A stretch of 48,238 bases of DNA from Spirogloea muscicola (Eukaryota): positions 1,486,336 to 1,534,573 of the forward strand of contig WELB01000004.1 in assembly GCA_009602725.1 (NCBI GenBank). The letters run 5' to 3'. Shown here in pieces: positions 23,901 through 35,475 of the stretch. Positions within the stretch are counted from its first letter, which is position 1. The number at the start of each line of letters is the position of its first letter. The notes under the pieces are model-generated. The model ran no database searches. It had not been told where the DNA came from and saw only the letters and a program-made list of their open reading frames with translations. Both the position numbers and the translations under genes were made by a program.

Positions 23901-24752
23901 CCGAGACCTGTAAGCGATGGACTTGAACCCTGCACCTCTCAGCTGGATTGATGCCACACAGTCCCTGTCGGAGTTGGCATTGTGGCTCTGACCCAGATAG
24001 CTGTATGGCAAATCGATTTTGCGGCTTCTTGATTCCTGTAAGTCTTGAACTCTGCATCACTTGGATGGAATAATGCCACACAGTCTGTGACTCTGACCCA
24101 GATAGCTGTATGTTAAGAGGACCTTGCGGCTCCTTGAAACAGACTCTGCCAGTCTCTGCTATGCCAGCGGTTGCAGTGGCTGCCAGCAGCCGCGGGGCTG
24201 GCCGCTCAGGCTCACTTCGTGCAGCCAAGGCTGTGAGTTCCTAATGGCTTGGCAAGTCAAGCTGTTGCCAGCCTATGCTTTAAGCTCTTCTATGTGGTGC
24301 CGCCTATGTTGCCAGGCCCTTCTATGCCAAACGCACACCCGGAGTGTCCAGGTTTCTCCAGCTTTTGCTGCTTACAACAGGCTGAACTCACAACACTTGC
24401 TGTGTTGCTGCCGTCGTGGGCTTGCAAGATGTCAAGGAGGAATTAGCCTCCATATTGCTCATGTGTCATGGATGGCTGTGCTTATACAAGTGGGGAGGAA
24501 TCGGCAGGCTGGCGCTAGCTCGCACAGAGCGACATGAAATGTCACCAAGTACAGCTACTCTTGACTTGCAGCTACTCGTACAGTTGCAAGGCCGCGCCCT
24601 GGCGCAAGATTCATGCAAAAAAATGTGAAGCTGCGACAGGACAATTAGGTCAAAGTGGCAATGGCAATTTCTACAGCTTACACTCACCCTTCCGTGTACC
24701 CATTTCTTGAGCTGAATTAATAAGATAATCTGAGGTGTAATAAATACGATAA

Positions 24753-27531
24753 TTACAAATCGCTCGACTCCGGAAAGGGCACAGCTGTCAGCGGCTGGGC
24801 GAGCAGGATGAGGTCCTTGCGGAGGCCGGCGTACGGGAGGTCGCCACAGGCGCGGAGATTGACAAGTGCTGCGGGCACAAGGCCGACGTCCTCCAGGCTT
24901 AGCGGCTCCTCGGCGCCGCCACCTGACAGGATTATGCTCTGCTTTGCCGGATGGGGGTGTAAGAGTTGATACTTCAGCGCGGGGTCAAACAGCGCATTGG
25001 ACACAAACTGCACGACAATGGTTTCAATCAGAACGCAGCGAAACAAGTGCAGGCAGAGGCCAGTAGAGAATTCTGCCAACAGCAGCTTCACTTGTCCTCG
25101 TATTCTGTCCTAGACCGTAGTCGCTATGTATTCTCAGACTGCTGACACTCAATCCATACACCTGTAATTACGTCCACTGAGACTATCATTGCAGTTGGAG
25201 AACATGGGATTGAAAACAGGACCATCTGGTGAAAGAGCAGCCTGCAACATACATCCTGATCTCTGATCTATGGGTCAATCTCTGACCCTGTATGCCGAGC
25301 CAGCGAGAGGAACTGCAACTGGTAAGTGCAGTGAACATCTTTTGTCAACATGACTCAATACACAGAATGTGCAATGTGAGGCTCAGCGTACAGTACCTCG
25401 TATAGAGCGTTGGTCTTCTCTGACGGCCGAAAGACACCCTGCAGGACCATGTTGTCAGGAAGCTGGACGCGCACGATGGTGTACCGGTACCGACGCTTGA
25501 GAGCCGCTGCCTGCTTCTCTCGCGTCGCCCGTGTGATGAGAAGCTGGGAGCTCTCAATTGCTCGCCTCTGCCGTGCAAGCTCGGCCCGAAGCTCTGCGCC
25601 TGAGCGCTCATAGAAGGACTCCGGCACCTGAATCCGGGCTGCCAGGCCCTGGTCAGGCGCCGGCAGGAACACCCTCACCTGCTCCACCAAAGTCATCAAG
25701 GCGTTACTTTGAAAGCACGGTACAATTATGATAACAAGAACAACAACAGTAACAACTCCTCAAAATGGTACAGCGTCATAGTATATCACTATGAGTCCAG
25801 ACTCTGACAGTTGAATATGATTGGTAGTTTAAACAGCATAAACATTGGGGACATAGCAAACGCTCCTGCAACGCTAGCAGTCACGTATTCAATATACTGC
25901 ATACGGTGATGCAACCCGCATGGCGAAGCTTCACGACTTGCAGCACTGCAAGAAATCTATGGAGCATCTCTTGACAATCCTCAAGATGTTCAACCGCCAA
26001 CCTGCCGGTCCACTGGCTTTGCAGGCAACTCGGCAACGGCGTCCGCAAGCTCATCCACATGCTGAGTCATGCCCGTTGTCGTCGTCGACAAAGGTCGCTC
26101 CAGCAGCGCAACCACCTCCTCCAGTTGCTTCACCTGTATTCAATTAGCACATATTAGATTGTGATGACTTTCACTGGTGCAGCTGTTGAACTCGTACCTT
26201 TCCTGCAACAGCGGCCGTTAAGTTAGCAAGTCAAGTTGAGGTTGAGGCTACCCATCTGACCACAGAGATCTTGAATAATCATCACGGGCTTGCCAGCAGC
26301 TTTACCGAGGCCGTTGATGGCGGGTCCATGATGGCCCACTCTTCCGATGCCCCTCCATCGGGCCCAGCCTGCTCGCAGAAGCGGAAGCCGACGGCCGCCA
26401 AGAGGTCGGCGGCGCCCAGCGCAGCACCCACGGTGTTGCGGATCTTGGGGTTGCTCATGCGCACGCGCCGGAAGCGCTCCGCACCTGGGTCGCTGGCGAT
26501 GTTCCGCAGCAACTTGACTATAACCTGGCACGCAGTGTCACAGAGATCACTCACTACTGATGAATGGAAGCGGTCATTGTCACCACAGCACAATGTGACC
26601 AATCAAAAGTCAACGTCATGACGATCTCTCCACCAAGAGAGGTCATGCTAACGACTGACGGCCACTCTGAGGCCCGGGCAAGCACGAGCGGCGCCGGCCC
26701 TGACCTCTGTTGTAGCTGTGGAGGGCCCGCCACTGAGGTAAAGCGCCACGGCGGCCTGCAAGGACGCTGGGTCGTCGGCCGTCGGCAGGGCCCCTCCTCC
26801 GCCGTCAGCGCCAGGCCGGCTGCTCGCCTGCGCAGCATCCCGCCAGGTGGGCGCCCGCGGCTCCGGCGCGCCGTTGCCACCGGCGGGCACGCCAGCGGTG
26901 CGCCCAGCCAGACAGCCGTCGAGGTGGCCGGCGACGTCCTCCTCCGAGCCTCGGAAGGCCTGCGGGCCGACAACGACCAGCGCCGGCAGTCGTCAGGCAG
27001 CGCTTCCCTGGCCCCTCCGCACGTTGTTGAGTTTAGGTTTCGTTCTAGGTTAAAGGTCTAGGGTTCAGGGTTAGGGGTTAGGGCTCTAGGGTCTAGGGGT
27101 TTAGGGTTAAGGTTTAGGGTTCTATCCTCTTTCTGGGCTGGCCATTCACAGCCATCGCCCTCTACTGGAAGAGTCTGTCTTCAGGAGGCAAGGCATTGCG
27201 CGTGCCTTCGCCGCGCTCGCACCTCACGGGCGAAGCCTAGCCTGTGGCTCCGCTAACATAGTCATAAACACCATCTGCATGCACCTGCCTGGCCATTACA
27301 GCCGCTCCTTGACATCATAGCCGCATGCCTTGATTTTTGGCGAAGCCCCGAAGGCCAGCCAGGCGAGGGCCAGGGTTTAAGCAAGTCAGGGTTTGAGGCG
27401 ACCTGGCAGACGGGGCACTGGGCTTGGGCGACGGCGCCGCCGGCCTGTGGAGTGGGCTTGGCTCTGGGGCTCGCGGCGGGGCTTCCGGAGCCAAAGTGCT
27501 CCTTGTAGGGGCTGAACTCCGCGGCGGTCCT

Positions 27532-27562
<31 letters not shown>

Positions 27563-27583
27563 GAGCCGGCGGTGGCGGCGGCG
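24753..27583 (-). CDS. PUX2: Plant UBX domain-containing protein 2 (UBZ-like finger, PUB and UBX domains; CDC48 adaptor); start codon in gap. Exons (minus) >27583-27403, 26959-26705, 26524-26306, 26133-26002, 25678-25397, 25007-24753
   Basis: CPVC...HLDGCL; KLLRNIASDPGAERFRRVRMSNPKIR (PUB); VPESFYE, YRYTIVRVQLPDNMVLQGVFRP.E...ALYEFVS.AL, LVPAALVNL (UBX). All exon junctions are phase 0. Confidence 0.92.
27030..27121. repeat. Telomere-like array (TTTAGGG/TTAGGG/TCTAGGG variants) in a 5' intron of PUX2
   Basis: About 12 variant units, including exact TTTAGGG twice. Confidence 0.85.
27126..27262 (+). repeat. Dispersed hairpin repeat copy abutting the telomere-like array
   Basis: TTTCTGGGCTGGCCATTCACAGCCATCGCCCTCTACTGGAAGAG...GCCTAGCCTGTGGCTCCGCTAACATA; the second block is shared with 30402-30427. 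Confidence 0.85.
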
Positions 27584-28001
27584 NNNNNNNNNNNNNNNNN
27601 NNNNNNNNNNNNNNNNNNNNNNNNNNNNNNNNNNNNNNNNNNNNNNNNNNNNNNNNNNNNNNNNNNNNNNNNNNNNNNNNNNNNNNNNNNNNNNNNNNNN
27701 NNNNNNNNNNNNNNNNNNNNNNNNNNNNNNNNNNNNNNNNNNNNNNNNNNNNNNNNNNNNNNNNNNNNNNNNNNNNNNNNNNNNNNNNNNNNNNNNNNNN
27801 NNNNNNNNNNNNNNNNNNNNNNNNNNNNNNNNNNNNNNNNNNNNNNNNNNNNNNNNNNNNNNNNNNNNNNNNNNNNNNNNNNNNNNNNNNNNNNNNNNNN
27901 NNNNNNNNNNNNNNNNNNNNNNNNNNNNNNNNNNNNNNNNNNNNNNNNNNNNNNNNNNNNNNNNNNNNNNNNNNNNNNNNNNNNNNNNNNNNNNNNNNNN
28001 N
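27584..28001. other. Assembly gap between GGC tracts (PUX2/KIN17 divergent spacer)
   Basis: N run. Confidence 1.
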
Positions 28002-28072
28002 GGCGGCGGCGGCGGCGGCGGAGGCGGTGACTGAGGCAGCGCTGCGGCGGCGGCGGCGGCGGCGGCGGCGCC

Positions 28073-30058
28073 ATGGGCAAGAACGAGTTTCTGACGCCCA
28101 AGGCGATCGCGAACCGCATCAAGGCCAAGGGGCTGCAGAAGCTGCGGTGGTACTGCCAGATGTGCCAGAAGCAGTGCCGCGACGAGAACGGGTTCAAGTG
28201 CCACTGCATGTCCGAGGGCCACCAGCGGCAGATGCAGGTGTTCGGCCAGGCGCCGGAGCGCGTCGTCGACGGGTACACCGAGGAGTTCGAGCGCACGTTC
28301 GTGGAGCACGTCCGCCGCTCCCACCGCTTCTCGCGCGTCGCCGGTGAGCCCCGCATCGCCCGCCCGGCTTCCTTCTCTTGGTCAGCAACAACCAATTAAA
28401 AATCCCATAATCCATAACCCATAATAAACCATAACCCATAGTTCATATTCTCTAATCTATCACCCTTAACTGCTTCAGCTTCCCGACCTTGGTTCGCCAG
28501 TTAGGGGGTCTCAGCCCCCTATATGCCGTCAATGGCAAGCGGTCATTTACTCCAGGAGTCTGGAATCAATATCTAGGGATCAGGACTGTTAAGCAAAGGC
28601 TTAAAGGCATGAGGTGACTGCGTGGTGACTACTCTCGCAGTGGCCTCCGAGTTAGTCCCGTCCCAGCGCCAGCCTCGGCTTCGCGCGCATGGGCAGCAGC
28701 GACGACTTGGGCACTTTAGGAGCACCACAAATTGCTCGTTGCTCGCTCTTCTTGCGTGCCCAAAGTCTTCTCTGTCATCCTCTCCTTGGGTCCTCTGTCT
28801 CTCCTGCGTTGAGGTCATGGAGCAGGCCCCTTGTGTCACTATCTTAGACCCAAGCCTCAGTGTCAGCCAAGTTGCCAGTCTTGAGTGCTGATAACACGTG
28901 AAGAGGCGCACTAGCAGCATGACCGTCTCTGATAGCTTGTCGCCTCCACCTCCGTGTCCTGCCCTCGGCGGCTTGCATGCAGCGACGGTGCTCTACAACG
29001 AGTACATTGCGGACCGTCACCACGTGCACATGAACGCGACCAACTGGGCGACGCTGACCGACTTCGTGAAGCACCTCGGGCGCACGGGCGTGGCCAAGGT
29101 GGAGGAGACGCCCAAGGGCTGGTTCCTCACACTGATCGACCGCGAGCCGGAGACGCTGCTGCGCGAGGGCCTGGCTCGCAAGCGCGAGCGCGGCGAGCTT
29201 GCCGGTGCCGAGCGCGCCGAGCGCGAGCTGCAGGAGCAGATCGAGCGCGCCGCCAAGGAGGCGAGAATCGACGAATCTGCGGCCGCGGACGCAGAGCCAG
29301 TGGGCACAGAGCTCCAGCGGCCTGCTGACGGTGCCGGCGACAAGGTCGCATTCGCGCTGCGGCCTGAGGAGCGGCCAGCAGCAGCGGCAACGTCGGCTGC
29401 GCCAGCAACAAGCAGAGGAACCTCAACGTCGTCGGTGCGCCGTCCATCGATTTTCGAGGAGGAAGAGGCGCAAGCCACTGGCAACGGCGGTGGCGCTGCT
29501 GAGGTTGCCAACGGCGGCGGCAGCAGAGGTGTAATGCGGGAGGATGGAAGGGGCAATGGCAGCACGGCCCGTAGAGCTGACGGCGGGAGCGCCAACGGCG
29601 GCAACGCCGGCACTGGCGGCGGTGTGGCGGCTGAGCTCATGAGAGAGGCGGAGGCCGCCAAGGAGCGGGCAGGTCGTCGTGACTACTGGCTGTCTGTGGG
29701 CCTCGTCGTGAAGGTCATGAGCGCAGCGCTGCGGGAGGCGGGGTACTACAAGCAGAAGGGCGTGGTGACAGGTGTCGTTGGGCGGTACGTCGGCGAGGTG
29801 CGCATCGTGGGTAGCGGCGACGTGCTGCGGGTCGACCAGGCGGAGCTCGAGACGGTGCTGCCGCCGCCTGGCGGACCCGTGCGGATCGTCAACGGCGCCC
29901 ACCGCGGCCACCTCGGCCGCCTGCTCGGTGTCGACACGGCGGCCTTTGCCGCCTCCGTACGGCTTGAGCGCGGCCCTTATGACGGCAAGGTGCTGCCGGC
30001 TGTCGACTATGAGGACGTCTGCAAAGTCGACTCGGCCTTCATCGATCAGAAGACCTGA
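28073..30058 (+). CDS. KIN17: KIN17 DNA/RNA-binding protein. Exons 28073-28343, 28983-30058
   Basis: MGKNEFLTPKAIANRIKAKGLQKLRWYCQMCQKQCRDENGFKCHCMSEGHQRQM; YNEYIADRHHVHMNAT.W.TLTDFVK.LGRTG; C-terminal KOW-like RVDQAELETVLP, YEDVCK. Confidence 0.98.
28399..28441. repeat. Degenerate telomere-like (ATAACCC) array at the start of KIN17 intron 1
   Basis: aatcccataatccataacccataataaaccataacccata. Confidence 0.6.
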
Positions 30059-30323
30059 CCTTCAATCCTTCACTCCGCAGTTCAACGGCTCAGCCCTTCT
30101 GTGTCAAGTCCTTGTACTCTGTATTGATATATATGTACACCAAGATCTTAGTAAGATCCAGTGGTGCAACTCATCTCCATGCTCCATGTATCTGGACAGT
30201 ATATGCCATTGCTGCCTGTCAGCAAGCGTTTAGCGTTCTTTGAAAGAGCTTACTTCTTTTTTCTGAAAGAGCTGCTTGTGCTGTCATAGCATCGCCCCTC
30301 GCACATCGACTTGTAAATTAACG

Positions 30324-30570
30324 CCTTCGAGCTCGTTTGGACCTTGTCTACATTTGGGTTGGCCTTTCACAGCCATCGCCCCCCTCCTGAGCGCCCTGTT
30401 TGCCTAGCCTGTGGTTCCGCTAATATACTTATAAATGCCCATAAATGCCCTCAGTAAGCACCCGGCTGGCTTCTACACCGCTCTTCTACTATCAACTGCA
30501 GCATGCACTTGGGAAGAACTGGTAACTTTCCACAGCCAACGCCCCACTGGAAGAGCTGTCCTCTGGAGAG
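30324..30570 (+). repeat. Two dispersed hairpin repeat copies in the KIN17/GGT convergent spacer
   Basis: TTTGGACCTTGTC...TTTGGGTTGGCCTTTCACAGCCATCGCCC (30336-30383) and CACAGCCAACGCCCCACTGGAAGAGC (30531-30556). Confidence 0.8.
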
Positions 30571-31204
30571 CCTCCTCATCGTTTATTATCTATTTGTTTT
30601 TCTCTCTAGGCAGAGCCACTGCATAGTAGACGGTAACTGGGCAGCTGGAATGCCGCGGGCCACGTGCATGCGCACACGTGGTAAGTGCGCTGCGGTCGCT
30701 GGCCGGCAGTCAGTAAGCATCTGCCAAACGATTGCTAAGAAGCCCATGAGCTCGATCAGCATACAGCTGGGCTTGCAAAGCTACAGCTCACGAAGACGTA
30801 CTCCTGATTGATCGAGCCTCCTTGTCTAATAAAGTTTCTCAGCAGATGCTTTCTGCGCAACAATTTTAGATGCTGAATGAAGCCCTCTGCAACGGCTTGA
30901 GGCGGTATCTTAGGTTTTAACTTAAGATCTGGTATCTTAGATCTAGTAGACAGGTTCTTTCTGTAAGCATACAGTGAGCGCCAGGGTAGCAGGAATTCAC
31001 TGCCATACCAGTATATGAAGATATCAGACGTGTACGCAGAAGACTATAAATTGCTCCGTTGCTCTTCAATGTCGAGCAGCGCCACCGCTGGTTGAGACTT
31101 ACGTTTCTAGGCATGAAGCCAGGACTATTAATCTGAGGAACTGATGCTAATCCCGAGCTTCTTGATATTAGAGGCGGAATAAGGGCTTGATAGTCATGGC
31201 CGCA

Positions 31205-34200
31205 TCACCAGGCCATGGCACAGCCGTCTGCGCGGGGGTCGGAGCCGGCGCACAGCACGCCAGTGTTAGGGTCTCGCAGGATGACCTGGCCACGACCAAA
31301 GTGGACACGGGCAGCGCCCGTTGCGAGCTCCACACGGTGGCCCATTGCTCGAAGCGCACCAGCAACGGCTGCCCTATCGGGCCCGTCCTCGAGGTAGAAG
31401 AAGGACGTGGCGACTGGGTGCGGCCCATGGCCTGCCTCTAAGCATGGGAGGCCACCAATGCAGAAGCGCGGCGCGTCCAGCGCCGCCTGTGGGTCGAGGC
31501 CAAAGTCCACCAGGTTGCTGATGACCTGCCTCAGGATACAATGTTCATGTCATTGTCTGCAAGTAAGGAACCCTTGATGTAGTGCGCAGTGGCAACCTTC
31601 ATCACAACGCTGCTAGAAGAGTGGCAAAATGGAGCAACAATTGTGACTTGGCAACAACAACAGTCTTAGTAATAAACTCCAACAAACCAACACCCAAAGC
31701 CTTAAAGGGTCCAGGAGTTGTTGGTCAACCTGCATATGCCCCTGGGGCTGCATGAAGCCGCCCATGACACCAAAGACGCTGTGAAGGTCGCCTGCATCGC
31801 CGCCCTTCAGGGTGGTCTGACCGCCATCTTCAGTACTCCCGGCAGCAGCCTGTCCCAACGCTGGCGCAGATGTGGTGGTAAGCCCCGGCATGATAGTGTG
31901 GTATGGCCGCTTGCGCGGCCCAACGCAGTTGGGATGCCCTGCATCGAGAGAGAAGCTGTGGCCACGATTCTGAAGTGTAAAGCCACAGCCGGCCGGGATG
32001 ATGCCCGTCCCAAAGCCCCAGTAGTTGGAGTTAATCATTGAGCAGCCATTGCCGTCACCATCGACCACTGCAAAGTAGACCGTGTCGGCGCCGCCCGGGC
32101 GCGTGGGAAGGCCCGCTTCAATGGCCACAGACAGCTTGCTCTGGATCAGCTTGGCCCTGGACGCTGCGTACTCCTGCGCTGAGTACAGGGTCACTAGCAT
32201 CAGGGGAAGTGTGAAACATCTGATAGTGTACTGTAGACCATGATCCTCATCACTGATCTCTTTGTTACCATCACTCAATACTAGATGCTCCTTATCCATT
32301 TGTTGACTTTTCAGAGGAGCACGCACCTTCGAAAGGAGGTCATCGATAGGGCAGGGCGCATGAAAGGGATCAGCCACGTGCGTGAGGGAGTCAGCAAAGG
32401 CCATCCGCATCGCCTCAATCGCGATGTGAAGGTACTCAGGCGAGCCTCTTGGCAGCTTGCCCACATCCCCGTATGCCTGCAGCGTAGCCCGTGACCCGTG
32501 TCAGCGCTAGAGGCCTAAAAATATGAGGTATTCTGCTTGGGCATCGTCCGATTTACAGGCCTCAGTTTACATGTCAATGTCTGGAAAACCCTGTACTGTG
32601 TTATTGGCTTCTTCCTGCTGCGATCTGTGGTTTCTGGGTCTTAGTCAAAAGTCTGCTTCAACTTGTAAAGGACGCTCCGGGCTCTATCATCCCCAGATGA
32701 CCACAAGCTGGTCACATGCAAACTGATACCAGCTGCTTCCAGCCTTTGGCTTGCCGAGCTAGGCACGAGCTCCGTGCGAAGGGCTTACTAAGCCCCACAA
32801 TTCAATCAAATCTACAGAGTCCTAGACTAAGGTCCCGAGGCCTCACCTCCATGATGTTGAGGGCCTGGAGGGCGGCAATACCCTGCGTGGGCGGGGGGAC
32901 CTCCCAGACACGCAGGCCGCGATATGTTGAGGAGATGGGCGCCTCAAAAGCTGTGTGGTGGGCAGCGAGGTCCTCCAGCGCCAGCACACCTCCGAGTGCC
33001 TGGACGGCCTCCACGATGGCCGCTGCCACGCGGCCCTCGTAGAAGCCGGCCTTGCCCTCGGCGGCGAGCGCTCGGAAGGTCTTGGCGAGCAGGGGAAGGC
33101 GCATCACCTCGCCGGCGCGCGGCGCGCGCGCGCCCTCGTACAGCATGTCGCCTGCGTGAGGGCCACCCTGAGCAGACGTAAAGGCCCAGACTTCAGGGCA
33201 GCTCTTTGCTTTAAATCGTTGCCCCTTAGCACTCATTGTCCTCCTAAGCACTCGGAATAGCTGAAATCAGCGCTGCAATAGCTGCAGCCTATGAGGAACC
33301 CCGGTGCATACGTCGATGAGTAGACCCACGCACACGCCAGGGTCCACTTGTGCTTCCAAATGAACTGGACCAGCTGTGACTTGCATGGAACAGAAGGTGC
33401 ACCTCGAAGCTCTGGATTCCCTAAGACTTCTCAACAAGACTCGAAGTGCGCGGATCCTTGATCCTCAGCTGAGCCTTGTGCCTCACCTGCAGCAGCTGAG
33501 GGATGCCGAGCTCCCACTGCGCCGCCGTGACTGGCGACACCGGATAACCGCCCTTCGCAGCCATTGGCGGGGCATCAGCACAGAGTCGCGGGCCAGATGC
33601 CAAAGTGTGAGCCAAACGATGTCAACTACCAGAGCCTATCTTCTGTTGTCAAGGGATCAAGGCTTAGGACTAAGCCCGTGTTTAGTTTACAGGGTGCTAT
33701 GATTCAGCCTTGCAGCTGAAGTGCCGAGCTCACAGACGTGCAGCCAGATTCATGACTCAATCTCATAGACCTCGGCGAGTATAGCTCATGGCACTTTATC
33801 CTCTTACTAACGTTCAAGCAGTGGCCAAGCTTGCAGTAATGGCCACATTGTCTCGAGCTCGGGCAAAGGGAGTGTCCTGGGCTGGCACCTCAGCAAGCTC
33901 GATCGCAGGCTGCAGAACCTCCGCCAGCGAGAGGCGCCCGTACTTCTCCACGATGTCCGCCCAGGCGGCCGCCGCTCCCGGGACGGTGACGGTGAGGGCG
34001 TGCAGCGGCGGCAGCATGTGCTTGCACCCGCGCTCCTTGGCCAGCTCCAGCGTCAGGGCTGGTCAGCAGCCGAGCGGCAGGTGGAGTCAATTACAACTGG
34101 AGCTGCTGTGGTGAGGCAATAATCCCACCTCATGCATTGACATCTGATGACCATTGAACAAGTGCCTGGAGGCACGTGGCGATAAGTATAAGTCTCAATA

Positions 34201-34957
34201 ACCGTTATAATGATATAAGCCTGCATTGTAGCAGTTGGCGTAGCAGGCCACAAGGCAAGCGCTTAGGCTGGCTGGGCTGCGCTAGCTAACGGCGTGCCTG
34301 GGCCGATAACTTCTGTCTAGACCCGAGACTTCCCCTCCTTAACCTGTCTAAATCCCACTGGCTTAACACAGCTGCCGTCTCCTTTGATAACGGTATGTTA
34401 ATTACAATGCGTCGATTCTGCTGCCAGCAGGTGACGGTGGTGCTGCGAGCTGACCTGCCGGGCTGCGGCCGTTGCCCTGCACGCTCTCCACGGCGCGGCG
34501 CTGGGCGTCGTACCACAGCGCAAAGGCGTCGCCGCCGATGCCGGTGGAGCACGGCTCGGTGACGTTGAGCGCGGCGGCCATGGCCACGGCGGCGTCCGCG
34601 GCGTTGCCGCCGGCCTGCAGGATCCGGAGGCCTGCGTCGCCGCCGCCGCCGCCGCCGCCAGCGTGAGGTCCCACTCGTCAGAGGAGCTCGATCTCTGGCA
34701 AAGCCGCAGCGGCGGGGGCCGGCCATGACGGCAACGCTGCAGGCCAGCCAAGCTGAGCTGAGCAGACGTTAGCGCCAGGAAGGTGAGGCCTCACCGGCGG
34801 CGGAGGCGAGCGGCTGCGACGACGCGACGGCGCCGCGTAGGCCATAGACCGGCGACCGGCGCGAGGCGAAGTCGAGCAGGGCGGCGGCGGCCGCAGGCGC
34901 CGGCGCCATGGCCGGCGTCGCCGACGGCCCCTCGGGTTCCCCGGCGCCCATGACCAT
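31205..34957 (-). CDS. Gamma-glutamyltransferase / glutathione hydrolase, YwrD-like. Exons (minus) 34957(or 34951)-34795, 34631-34455, 34058-33889, 33552-33487, 33167-32847, 32476-32327, 32173-31730, 31525-31205
   Basis: FASRRSPV...[57 protein letters not shown], catalytic [57 protein letters not shown]. Confidence 0.95.
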
Positions 34958-35475
34958 CTCTGCCGCCGCCGCCGCCGCCGCCGCGTTATGCGGCGCGAAT
35001 GCCGGCGCGGGGGCAAAGACAGCAAATTGGCAGATTCTTCCTCTGTGAAAAGCTAGCCTGAAATGAGTTGACCAAGTCCGAAGGGGCCGAAAAGCCGCTG
35101 AAAGACATGATTATGCAAGGACTCTGGAACCCTTCTGATTAGTCGACGCAGTCTAAATCCACCAAATGAGAAACTCCTTTGGTCCGACCGTGTTAGCACG
35201 CTTACATAAGGACCTTGCAGTCACCAATTACTCCCGCTCTCCAAGTAAGCGATATAGTGGATTGTTCCGATCGGGAACAATCCTTCCCGGCGAGACTGCA
35301 GGCCGCGCCCCGAGGGCCTGCACCGCCGCGGCCGCCGCCGCCGCCGCCGCCGTCGCCGCCGTCGCCGCCACCGTCGGCGAGCCCCTAGGTGGCGCATGAG
35401 CGACGTGCGCGTGGAGCTTTAGTTGATTGATTGATTGTCGATTTGAATGCTGCGATCAGCGCCCAGTCTCACGTC

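Noticed and set aside
23952..24140. Short imperfect direct duplication (CTCTGACCCAGATAGCTGTATG x2); similar small duplications at 6420-6465 and 36406-36451
   Set aside because: Local slippage-type duplications with no further structure.
35283..35322. E2F-like site (CTTCCCGG) and small hairpin (TGCAGGCC...GGCCTGCA) upstream of the DP-like gene
   Set aside because: The site mismatches the WTTSSCSS consensus, and short GC-rich palindromes are expected by chance.
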